Below are positions 26,725 through 38,790 of a DNA stretch of 64,000 nucleotides, one piece after another. Below the pieces are notes generated by a model, which was not told where the DNA came from, made no database searches, and saw only the letters and a program-made list of their open reading frames with translations. The translations under genes and the position numbers were made by a program. The DNA comes from Dimorphilus gyrociliatus. Taxonomy: Eukaryota; Animalia; Annelida. Within the stretch, counting starts at the first letter, position 1; the number at the start of each line of letters is the position of its first letter. The DNA lies in the NCBI GenBank assembly GCA_904063045.1, contig CAJFCJ010000001.1, positions 1,550,001 to 1,614,000 on the forward strand, given 5' to 3'.

Positions 26725-27303
26725 TTCTTCACTTCATTCACGTGTACATATCTTTGAAAAATATCGAAAACTCAAAAAAAAACTCTCTATAAACACTATT
26801 TAATCATTCCTAGGTCTCAGATGTGTTTATTTCTTTTGCGGTCTATTCATTCTCTCTTTCTTTTTTATAGTATACAACTAGTATCATTTTAACATGTAAC
26901 CCATTTAACTATTTATACATAGTTATAGCCTGAAAAAAAATAAACAATCTATTTTTAGACAATCGTTTATTACTATTTGCCATTGTTAATTATTGAAACG
27001 AAGAAAAAAATGTAATTGAAAAGGAGCTGATAGCTGGCTTTATAAAAGATTTGCTCTAAAACTTTTAATCTTAACGCATAGCTAGTTTGTTTTTGTTGCT
27101 CTAAAGAAAATACCTTGCAGGAAAAGTGTGATCGTATATACTTGATAGATGAAAGATAGATTTGTTTACGAAAATGGTACATTTTCACATAAGGTATATG
27201 CAAAATGTATTGATAAGTATTGAGAAAAAATACGATCTTCAATTATGAGTTTTTTTTTTTTTGCAGTATTATTCATTGTGTGTAAAATAAAATATTGTTC
27301 ATA

Positions 27304-28953
27304 TTATAAACGGATTGAATCCATATTCAAATCCTCCGATAATGTTCTATTTCGTACTTGAGGTCTAGTGCAAAATATTTAGGTAGGTTGAGATACAATC
27401 TTTTGCGATAAAACAATTATACAAACCGCTTTCCGAAGGCTTCGTTCCAACTTCTGTCATCTTCTATTCCAATTTGACGAAGAAAATTTTCGAAAAACGC
27501 TTTATCCTCTGCCGGTATAAAGGGTCTCATACCTTTTAAGAAAACAGGAAGAGTAGCTTAATAGAACAAATAAACAATAAATCTTTTAACAGAACAAACC
27601 GCTTAATAGAAATATACGATCACGCCCATACAATTCCCGTATACTATTACAAAAGTCAGGGAATGGCATTCCAGATTCATATCTGGCTTTCATCAAGACA
27701 GCGTATCTTTTCAATTCCTCTGTGCTTAATCTTTCTTGAAGCTTAAATAATAAAAAAATTTTATGCCTCTAAAGGTTAAAAAACGAAAGAAAACTTTAAA
27801 TACCTTATTCATATAATCGTCTAAAATTTCATTTTTCCTCTCTCCATCTTCTGAATCTGATGAACTTGTATCCGAATCTCGTCCAGAATTTGTAGAATAT
27901 CTAAATATAGTAATAAAACACATAACATAAAGTGCTATATTTTTATATGAACCATTTAAAACAACTAACAATGTGGGATAACCAATAGTTCTAAAATCTC
28001 CAGTCATATTTGATATTGAAGTATCTAATTAAAAAAAAAAACAGGGCTATCATTTTTTCCAATAGGAACAAAACCTTAAAATGATATAATCAAACCTGGA
28101 TAGGATATAGACGTTCTCGGAGTAGCATTACCAGAATACATTCTATCTTCAAAGTACCGGCTTGAGTCAGTGTACATAATTTCGAAACATTGTTTAACAA
28201 GTGAACACAATTCTTCAGCATTTTCCTGTTTTTTTTTTAAAAAAAAAATAAGTAAATAAACAATGTTAATTAAATTTTCGTTTACCTTTTCGTGTACAAG
28301 CAAAACGCATAATTTACAATATCCAATATTTTCTTGATCATCAGCTGTGTTAATTTAATTTACTTTATTTGTATTTTTGTATTATAAAAAATAAAAATAC
28401 TTACTAAATTTTATGGCAACTAGGTGTAAATCATCGTCTTTAATATAGCATATAGCTGCAATCTCATTTATATGTATACGAAGGAAAACATCTAAGGTAT
28501 CATCCCTTCGAACAAGCTTAATGTTTGTGGCACTAACTGATATGACTGAATCGTTTTTCCCATTTAAATTCCATATTACATCGCCTCTTGCCTAAAAAGA
28601 GAATTTCAAAATATTTAAAGAATTTCTTCATATGTTTAAATTATATATATACTGTATATACTGACTTTGCCTTTATCAATATGTTTTAAAACTTCACACC
28701 TGCTATTCATGTCTAAAGTACATGGTATGTTGTTTAAAACTCCAGCTATCTGTAAAATATAACAGTTTATAACTTTATTTGTATTTCTTTTCTACAGGGA
28801 TAAGTGTGCTATCTTTTTAAAAAAAACATAACAAGTTACTTTTATTTCTTTTTCTAGATATCCATGAATTAAAATAGAGATATCGGGTACACGATAATCA
28901 GGAGGGATTAGCTTAATGTCAGTTAAAGATCGTTTATCCGATCGAAATCCCAT
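27304..28953 (-). CDS. CCM2: Cerebral cavernous malformations 2 (malcavernin) ortholog: PTB plus harmonin-homology domain, many short exons
   Basis: YLEKEIK|IAGVLNNIP..SRCEVLKHID, SVISVSATNIKL..LRIHINEIAAICYIKDD..HLV, AEELCSLVKQCFEIMYTDS and HHD LSTEELKRYA..FCNSIRELYG..LLSGMRPFIPAEDKAFFENFL all match CCM2. None of this was a complete ORF in the track. Confidence 0.85.
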
Positions 28954-29350
28954 TATTTACAGCTTCTCCTAGAATAGGAGTGTTTTACCATTAACCAGTT
29001 TTTTTTGTTATTGGGTATGTCTAAATTACTGAATAATATATCCCTAAAACTTTATTCCTTTAACTTTTCCACGTATTATTGTTAATTTAAAGGTATTTGT
29101 TTGATTTCCGCTGAATAATTATCTTAAATATATGATAAATAGTTTAAATTAGAAACTACACGTGATTCTGTTATAAATATACCTTTTTTTCGATACACTG
29201 TCAATTTGTATAAAAAAAACAATTTTCGGTGCTTATTTTCTCGGAATGCATCAAGTTTAGTTGATTAATTATAAGAAGGTGTTAGATGGTTTTTTGTATA
29301 TAAGTTATTAAATGCATTGATTTTGTTTACTATTTTCAATAGGCACTAAA

Positions 29351-30089
29351 ATGAGTGAATCACATGTTCAAGAAGAGGGTTTTTTATTTCAAGGAGCAGA
29401 AGCTAGAGTCTATAAGAAAACATTGTATGGAAAGCAAATTATTATTAAAGAACGTTTCTCAAAAAAGTATCGTCATCCAGTTCTTGATAGTCATCTCACT
29501 GATCAAAGACTAAAATCTGAAGTACGCGCCATATTGAAATGTTCTTCTTGTGGTGAGTTCTTTTTCCGAATGATTTTTTCATAGTTTGATATATTTATTT
29601 CTATTGATAGGAATAAAAACTCCTGTAATATATATGGTAGATTTTAACTCGAGTAAAATCTATATGGAATACATAGCTGAATCTATAACCATAAGGGACT
29701 ATATTGAAAATTTTTTAAAAGATGGTGGAAATATTAATGAGTTGGCTAGTCTTGGGAGACAGATGGGTAAACTTATTGGCAGCTTGCATGCGAATGGTAT
29801 CATACATGGAGACCTGACTACTTCTAATATTCTAATAAAATCCAAAGAAAGTGGATGCGACCTAATACCCATTGATTTTGGCTTGAGTAGCTTAGGAAGA
29901 TTACCAGAGGATCAGGGTGTTGATCTCTATGTTTTGGAGAGGGCAATGCTGAGCACCCACTTGAATTCGGAAAAGCTATTTGAGGAATTACTAGACGAGT
30001 ATAGACTTAGCTTTCAAGGCGGTTTGGAAGCTTTGAACAAATTAAGTGAAGTTAGGATGAGAGGACGTAAGAGAACAATGGTTGGATAA
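29351..30089 (+). CDS. TP53RK: EKC/KEOPS complex kinase TP53RK/Bud32; exons 29351-29552, 29611-30089
   Basis: QGAEARVY, KERFSKKYRHP.LD, IIHGDLTTSNIL, IDFGLS, GVDLYVLERAM, VRMRGRKRTMVG*. Confidence 0.97.
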
Positions 30090-30849
30090 AAGAGAACATT
30101 TCACATTTTTTGATTTATTCTGTTCGTTTCTGTTCGTTCCTTGGTTAAAATCCAGGTTATTCATAGTAGACTATATGCATTTTTGATACAAGAAGCTCTA
30201 CGTCTAAAAAAATTGGTCTTTTAAATATACACTCAACGTTTCGTATTTCTGCAATTCTAACCTATTTTTTTTGGGTTATTTGTAGGCTTAGTATTTAATT
30301 ACAATTCTTCAATCACTACAGCCTTCTTCTATTTGACAACATCAAAAGTATTTCAAGACGAAGAATATATAACATAAGTATTTGTTCAAACTTTTACAAA
30401 TCACAAAAGTTTAGGCCTAGAAAATAATTGAAATAGTTAGAGAGGAAATTTCAATTATTAAAAAGCAATCGGCCAACCTCAAGGGTCTTAAGATTTATAA
30501 AAAATTATAAGTTTCTGATATCTTATTAATAGAATATTCATTGAAATATTTTCTAGACAGGAAAGATTAATAATATACAGCCTGATTTATTGTTTGAAAA
30601 AAAAACAACTCATCCGATAGATGGCTCTTGAAACAGAGACGTACGTAATCGATGCTTATAGTTCAGTGCGTTGAAGACGGCGTTCGTAAGAAGGCGTCGT
30701 TCGACGCTTATCTGTTTTCGATTTATATAACTAGAATAAACAAAGAAAATATGATGTCGATTATAGGTTTGTTAAAAGCTGAATATTGATGTATTTATGA
30801 TCATGTTTTTACCACTAGAGACATGTAATTAAAGGTGTTGAAAGGATTG

Positions 30850-30990
30850 AAAGAAGGAGATAGAAGCAGTGTGGAACGACAAACAGAGTGTGTGTGAGAG
30901 AGAGAGAGCGCGAGAGAGGTAAGGAGAGAGAGAGAGAGGAAAAGAGGGAAGAAATAAGAAAGTCGAAGCTAAAGCGATAGTTAAAAAAAA
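30850..30990 (+). repeat. Purine-rich (GA)n/(GT)n low-complexity tract in the tetraspanin 5' region
   Basis: gagagagag/gtgtgtgag runs; explains the spurious minus-strand SLSL ORFs at 30815-31141. Confidence 0.8.
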
Positions 30991-31016
30991 ACAAGAAAGA
31001 GAATCTAAATGGAATA

Positions 31017-34000
31017 ATGACAATGAACGTCCAACACGTCCTTATTCCGTCTTCCGACTTTGAAACTCGCAGGAATCCAACGTTTTCAAGACTTATCTTC
31101 CGTTGTAGTTTCTGGTCCAAATATTGTGTTTTTGTTATCAATTTCTTCGTGTGGGTTCGTATTTCCTATTTACTGAAAGCATCACTTGATTACCCATCTA
31201 TTTTAGACATTTAACACGTTTTCTCTTTCACTCTATAGACCTTTGAGAAATGTGTAGAATGCTTTCTCTAACATTTTAAAGGAAAAAAAAAAAACAAAAT
31301 CTTATCCTAGATATATTAGTGTATTAGCCTATATTTCATTATATATAATTATATAATAGCCTCAAAGTTCTCATATTAAGAGTAAATAGAATAATTGATG
31401 ACTATTAATTATCGTGCATGTGTGTAGACCCTTTGGAAATGCTTCATTAATTAGTCTTGAATAAAAAAGTAGTTTTGATAAAGCGGGGAACGTGTTTCAG
31501 AACCCTTAGAGTATTTTTAACGATTGATTACGTACAGAGGTTATTGTAAATTGGAGTCACTTTGTCTATTCATAATGAGTAAGGGTCAACATTTTTTCAA
31601 TTAAATCACTTAATGCTTTGAAATAATATTCCGCTTTTTTTGTAAGTAGACTAGAGAGTAATAGCAAACAAAATATTCTAATATTACTTACATAGACGGC
31701 TAAAGAATAATTTGCATCTTAACAGGTGGGAGGAGTATGTTTAATGTCGGCAGGAGCTTGGGCTCAATTGGAAAAATCACGGTATGACACATTTAACTCG
31801 TTCACCAATGATCCAGCACTTATTTTACTTCTAATTGGGGTCATAATGTTTATAATGAGCGCGTTTGGTTGCGTAGGCTCATTGAGAGAAAATATATGCC
31901 TGCTGAAAACTTTTTGTTTAATGACGGCTGCCGTTTTCGTTGGAGAATTGACGGCTGGTTCATTTACCATTTCGCTATCAAATAGATTGGAAGAAGAGTT
32001 GGTTGAAGATTTGTACAATGCGATACAACTCTACGGTGCGGAAAAGAAATTTACTGACGATATTGATTATGTGCAAAAGAGATTCGAATGTTGCGGTGCC
32101 AAATCCTATGACGACTGGCAATTAAATAAGCTATATAATTGGTAAGTGTAGAATTTTCTTCTTATTAGGTATAAATAAGAGGAAAAAAAACACCCTTTTC
32201 TTTCTCATAAAGACAACGAATTTCTTTAATCTTGTTAAAACTATAAGATTACCTCTTGGAGCTGAATAAACAAACATTGATCAATTAGGAGGAGATTGAT
32301 AGATTTAGCTTTATGTGAAGGAACAATAAAACCTTCAGCCTTGACACAATCCTATCGATTTTACCAGAGGGATGCGCTTATAGGTACTTTTTTACTATAG
32401 CATTTTTTCTTTTTTATTTTGAATAAGTTAAACGAAAAACGAATAAATTTCCCTCTTATTATGTATTTTCTCTCCTTTTTTTCTCATAAAAAACTAGAAT
32501 ATGAGTAATATTAAAAAAAAAATAGGACGAACTGTTAGCAACAGTGGAACGAACTGGAACGAATTGTTTGTATGCGCTCGTTAGCCACACTACACCCTAG
32601 GGAAATGGTTTTACGTTATCCTTTCCCTTTCTCTATAATTTGGTAATTTTTGCCAACTCTTGATATTTTGATGGCAATTTATTTCTTTTAAAAAAATACT
32701 GACAACGTTTACAACTATAAATAGATCTTTTCTAAACTAAGTACAGGTTCATTTCAGCTAGAGGTAATCAATGATTTAGCCCTTTTTTTCCCAAGGATTC
32801 CTAACAAATCTATTTGTTTGCACTGATAAAAAATATTTCAATACTTCTTAATGGTTTAGCAGGACATAGACAAATATTTTTTTCATTTGACGTTCGATAT
32901 TAGAACGATTCTTATTAATAAAAACGCTGCGATATACTGTATAATCAAGTTATATCATATTTGAACTAATCTACTTTTCTTTAATAAAAGTTCCGCAAAC
33001 TTCCCGTCAAGATGTGGAGTTCCAACTTCATGTTGCAAGCTTGATAACAGTCCTACTTGTGGCTACCAAACAAGGATTAATGGAGTAAGTATAAAGAACC
33101 GAAAAAAATCACGTGATAGCTTTAAAATTGCTCTCTGTTACAAACAATAGTTTAATCTTTTACTCATTTGGAAATTGAATATGGAAATCAATTAACGTGT
33201 ATCGCATACATTATTTATAAGACTATTACTCTACTTGTTAAAATAGAGCTGATTTAGTGTCAATATACACAAATTGTTGCCAAACGTTTTCAATTTCATT
33301 ATAAAGTAATTATTCATGCAGAGACAATTGTTAACAATAAGAATGGAACATTTTGAAGATATTAACAATAATGACAAATTTGACTTGAATTTACCATCTT
33401 AAAAAGGAATGATAAAAACCTAACCATTTTAAACGTTGAGTTTTTTTAAATGTCAAACTGCTTTTTCAAATGAAACTGTAATTTAGCAATTATCTGCCTT
33501 TTAGCAATTGGCAGATGCACCTCACCCTACGCATGCATAATATATCAAATATATAAGTCTTAATGTAGGTTAAATCATGACAATGTACTCGAATTTCTTT
33601 GCTGGGAGTCATGCAAGGCGTACTACACTAATCTTTTCTCAAAAGAAAAACATACTTTTATTCTCTAAAAATGTTGAAAAAGGAAAAAAGAAAAAAAATC
33701 ATAATAGAACTTGTTTGACTATTTTTAGGACAAACTAAAAATATACTACAATCTTAATTTCAATTTTTCTTATCAAGCCATATATAATATGTATATTTAC
33801 AATGTGTACGTTATTATTTATAAAGTTAGAATACTATATTACTCTTTCTAGTTGCAATAAAATGACCTTCTTTAGGTACATGGCGATATAGAACAGGTAG
33901 TTTAGACTACCTTACCTAAATTTCATGCTGAGAAAACAAACGCCCTTGAAAATGCAAATAGGTCAATAGGAGCAATACTATATATATATATATATATATA

Positions 34001-34632
34001 TTTATACATAAAGTGTAAATATAGGTAAAACTTGACAATTAAAAATTAGGAGATGATAAAGATTACTGATCTTTAGTCTTTTAAGTCAAGGTAATCTATG
34101 CAATTTATCATATAGGCCTTATCCTTTTACTTTTTATGGGAATGGAGTTTTTTATATGAAAAAGTTAATAAATAGTTAATTTCTATGCGATCATTTATGT
34201 ATTCTTCTCTCTTTCTTTTATATCAATAATACTTATTTATTGGCCTTTTATTACAAAAGTATAAAGTTTGCAAAAAGCTCAGTTTGCCACGTGATCTAAT
34301 ATCTTTACAATTTATCTGCGATAAATTACCGACTATTTTTTTTATGCACTCATTTTGTGTCACAACAGGTACAATATGCTTCATACTCCATAAGAACAAA
34401 AGGCTGCGTTTATTACCTCATGAACGTGTTTAAAAATAACTTAACTGTTATCGGCTTTATAGCCTTTATTGTAGGGTTATTGGAGATAATAGCTATCATT
34501 TTAGCTATCATGCAATTAAAACATCTAGAAAAAATTCAAAGAGGAAGGTCTTCCGAAGATGTACGATTAAAGATGACTGTTAGAAAGGTATATAATTCTC
34601 ATGCCTCATACGATGATGAACTTCGACGTTAA
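31017..34632 (+). CDS. Tetraspanin of the TspanC8 subgroup (TSPAN5/14/17/33-like); exons 31017-31155, 31726-32141, ~32990-33084, 34369-34632
   Basis: Four TM segments, FGCVGSLRENICLL, and a large extracellular loop with 8 Cys (CCG...YNC...RCGVPTSCC...TCG...KGC) once the small exon near 33000 is spliced in. Confidence 0.88.
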
Positions 34633-36581
34633 AGAATAACTGCTTCTCAAACTGTAAACAAATGTTAGGAATTGTTAATATTAACTGTACAAAAAAATAA
34701 AAAGAAAGAAAAGAAGATATTGGTGCCATTTTTAGAATGAAATTTGATTTTTTTTTTAACTCTCTTATTTCAATCTGTACAGAAATATATACAAATAAAC
34801 AATATACAGATATATACAATATATATGCATATATCAAATTTATATATTCAGATAATAGATCTATTTGAAGTATATATTTCTTAATAAATATTCGATAATA
34901 TAATTATTTAAAAAAAAAAAGAACAATAATAATCAATAACCAATTAGAAAAATGCCTGATCATATCTACTTAAAATGAATCTATAAATAAATAATACTTT
35001 GGATAGAAAAAAATTCAATCAACTTCATTTTATTCAATATCCACTAGCTTGTCCATTTATCTTAGAGTAAATTTTTCCTTTTTTAGACATTTTCAAAATG
35101 ATTAAATGAACTGAAAAACAACAAAATGTTTTTAAAGTTAAGATCCGGTCACTTTGAAGCCAAAAGGAATTTCCATTAACTCTATATAACATTCATGGTA
35201 TTTGGATGAAGTATAATGAAAAATAAAGTGACTCTTTTGTTATTTCTAGTTTCAATACATTGTAATTTATTTAACAAGTCTACTTTCTTGATTTAAAATA
35301 CAAAGAGAATAAAAAGTTTGCCGATAACTGATAAGAAATGATAGAAGAAACAGGCATAACAAGAAAATTTTCTCTATATTATGATAATCGTAGTCCAGTT
35401 GCCAATCTGACAAATCTAATCGAGATTTTGGAAGTAAGTTATTCTATCTTGTTCCATTGAATAATGTAAAAATTCTACCGGTAAATAAATATATACAACT
35501 TCAGTTCGTGAAGAATTTATCACCATATTTATTAAGGAATTATATGGTTGCCTGTTGCAGAATGTACGATATACCTTATTTACATATCCCCCTAATAGAA
35601 ATGACTCGGGAAAATTGATAATATACAAACAGAACGTAAACTGATCCAGTTAGGTGCCTTTTGTCAGTCTAGTCACTCACCAAGTTTTTATTTGACTTTT
35701 ATTGATTACTTTTTTTCCTCAGTCATATTTTCTACTTGATTTTTCTTTTATTAAAGTCTTCCGTAGGCAGGATTCTGTTTATTATATTTCCACTTGTTCT
35801 TGACCAAAGGGAAGAGTCTTTTCATTCCTTTGAAAAACGAATACTTCCGTATCCTTTGATTAGTTCTCTCGCAAATTCCAATTAACAAACTGAAAGATGA
35901 GGCTAGAAGAAGAAACAGGAATTTCCTGTAAATTTCATACAAAGACTATTAAAGTAGAATTGAAAAGAAGTATCATTTAATCTTTTTAGAATACTTGTAT
36001 CTCTAATTCCAATAGATGGCACACTATGTAAACACCAAGAAAAGTACTATTCTCCTTTTCTAATCAAATCCTATAATTTGGCTTTCAAACTAACCGAATT
36101 GGATAAAGGAGGCTATCTTGTTTCACGCAAATCTTATCGATTATCGAATTTCAAATGATTAAGTATTTATTCTTCTGTTAAGCGACTAATTATGGTTGTA
36201 ATTTTAAGCTACTCTATTTTCGATTATAAAACCCTACTTATTCTGATTAGATCAATTTATTTCCAATTCAATTATTGTATTAACACAAATAGACAAGAAA
36301 ATAGTAAAAGATTCTTTTTACCCAGGTATCCATTTTGAATACAACAAAAAAAAGTTTAAAAATGTTCTAGAACATTTTTTTTATAAAGTGAAAAAATTCA
36401 TCATTTTTAATTAAATTATTAATCTTGATAATAAATAATATTTTATTATAAATCAAAGTAATAATTAAATTATAATGTTTTTTATAAAGTTAAGAAAATT
36501 GTTTTATACGAATATAAATGTGTTCTGTTGAGTTGTTTCATCGAGTCAGATAGCGGAAATATTAATTGTCACCTTATAGCC

Positions 36582-37962
36582 ATGCTTTTTAAAAATTTTA
36601 TCATTTCTTGTTTACTTTGCTGCTCTTTTCAAGAAGACGAATTCTTTAAAAAAGTACCAAGAAATATCGCTGTTACTCCCGAAACTAGTCACTTTAATTT
36701 TGACTGTGAAGTTGTTGGCGAAGACGAAAAAGGAGTCGCAACAAGACAAGATGTTTTCATTATGTCTAAAAGTAAAATTATAAAAGAGTATCAAGCTTTT
36801 TATGAAGCGAATGGTACTAGTGTAATTTATACGAAGCCGGCTGAACAATATGTAAATGATACGTATCACGACTGTATTGTTTTTCCATTTTCCAGAAGGG
36901 CAAGAGCTGTATTTTCTGTTCTCTGTACGTATTAACAATGATATATTTATAATATACTAAATGATATGATGGTTAATTTCAGCTAAGTTTACTTGTAATA
37001 TACCTGAAAAAGTACGAGAGGGGGAAATTATGACTGTTGACATGACAATTAAGTTTACTCATTTTTCGCCTACTTCCAAATGTAATCTTGGATTAGCATC
37101 TAGTACTAAATTAGACTATGATAATATTAATAATCAGGAGGAAAAACTTCAAGGGAAAGCATCGTTTAATCACACCGCTTCAGTGGTAAAATCAATGAAC
37201 GGTCAAACATTGAAATGTGAAATTTTTTATGATGAAAGTCAGGATTCTTTAACCGAAGAATTAGACCATTTAAGAAATATACAGGAAAAAATTGATTCCA
37301 ATAAACATTCCATTGATACAAAACAACCCAAGTTACTTGGGGCTAGTTTCCAATGCGAGAGAAAAGTTGAGCTTGAATGTGAGTAGTATCACGCTATTGA
37401 AAATTAAAACAAAAAATTTAGTCAATTATATCTTAAATTTCTATGTTCTTATTCATAGATGGAGCTCAGAATATAACAATTTCTATAGACGGAATTATTG
37501 CTTTGTGTGAATATGATTCATATCCTAAATCATCAAATATTACGTGGAGTATAAAACAGGATGAAAATGTAAAATTACAACTGATAATTTTAATTTATTT
37601 ATCCAATTAACTAACATCCTTATTATTAAATTTCAGAATACAGAAAAATTATCAACAACAACAAATGTACTGGATATCGAAAAATATCAAAATAAATACG
37701 TACAAATTTCTTGCGATGTACGTGTGGACTTTTACGATGGATCATTTTCTATAAAATCCAGCGAGTATAGTGAAAGAACCTATGTTGGTAAGTTGTTGTA
37801 ATTATACGATTTAGATAGAGATTAACTTATATATTTACAATATAAACTGATATTAAATTGAGTCTACTTTTAATTGCAGTTAGAGATGGATCAACTTCTA
37901 GTTTTTTGAAGGCAAACTTAACAGCAATCTGGATTTTAAGCATTTTAATTTACAATTTGTAA
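36582..37962 (+). CDS. Three-Ig-domain cell-surface protein with a C-terminal GPI-anchor-type signal (IgA), 360 aa; exons 36582-36924, 36983-37378, 37459-37568, 37637-37787, 37880-37962
   Basis: Signal peptide; Ig-like Cys pairs (FDCEV/DTYHDC, SKCNL/GQTLKC, ALCEYDSYP/ISCDV); C-terminus DGSTSS-FLKAN-LTAIWILSILIYNL* with no cytoplasmic tail. Exon sum is 1083 nt, in frame. Confidence 0.8.
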
Positions 37963-38790
37963 ATTTGTAAATTTTAGACTAAAATATGTTTTTAACAGTC
38001 TACAATAGTCCTCTAAAATATAAGAATAGTAGTACACTATAAACTCGATAACAGCTACATTTCCTTTATTTAAGTCTTTTAAACGCTACTATTATACTAT
38101 ATACTCTATTCCACTTGTATCCAACTCAACAAACACCCTGTTTAAAACACTGTCTTTTTGAAAACTTATAATTATGACAAATGAAATTAAAAACTATAGC
38201 GACCGGATTAAAATCTTAAGTGTTTTTAATCCCTTCTCCACACTAATAGATTTCTTAACAGTAGTAATATTTATCCTCTCAAGGTTTGCAACAAAGTTAG
38301 TTCAGCATAAACTTAAAAACTGTTTAAAAATTCAAGTTTTTATTAAATTAGGTGAAAAATATAACAAAAAATTCAACTTTTGGACAGAAATTGTATAAAA
38401 GCATATAAAAAGACTTAAACAATGGTTGATGATAATTATATAGAGCTGGATTTGCATAGTGTTTTTGATCCCTAAAAACAAGAATGATGAGAGTATACTA
38501 CAGTTTTAACATAAAAATGAAATATAAAATGAAATTGAATTTCGAAAAAGATTAACGAATCCGAAAATGTTGAATAATACAAGAACCGATTTTTTACTAA
38601 ATTAAATAATACATTGCGACAATCCTAATGGAGGAATAAATCTTCTGCTTTACCGCATAAAACATAGAAAAACAAGTGTGTTTACAAGCAAATTAGCGAC
38701 CATGAGGAACAAGCTATGCTGGATAATATATCGGAATCAAGTATTGATAAGATAAACACAAGGTTACAAAATATTCACAATACTATGCTA

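Noticed and set aside
30693-30710. Perfect small hairpin GCGTCG-TT-CGACGC upstream of the tetraspanin
   Set aside because: Too short to support an ncRNA; compatible with chance in a CG-rich promoter.
30815-31141. SLSL-rich minus-strand ORFs
   Set aside because: Translation of a (GA)n low-complexity tract.
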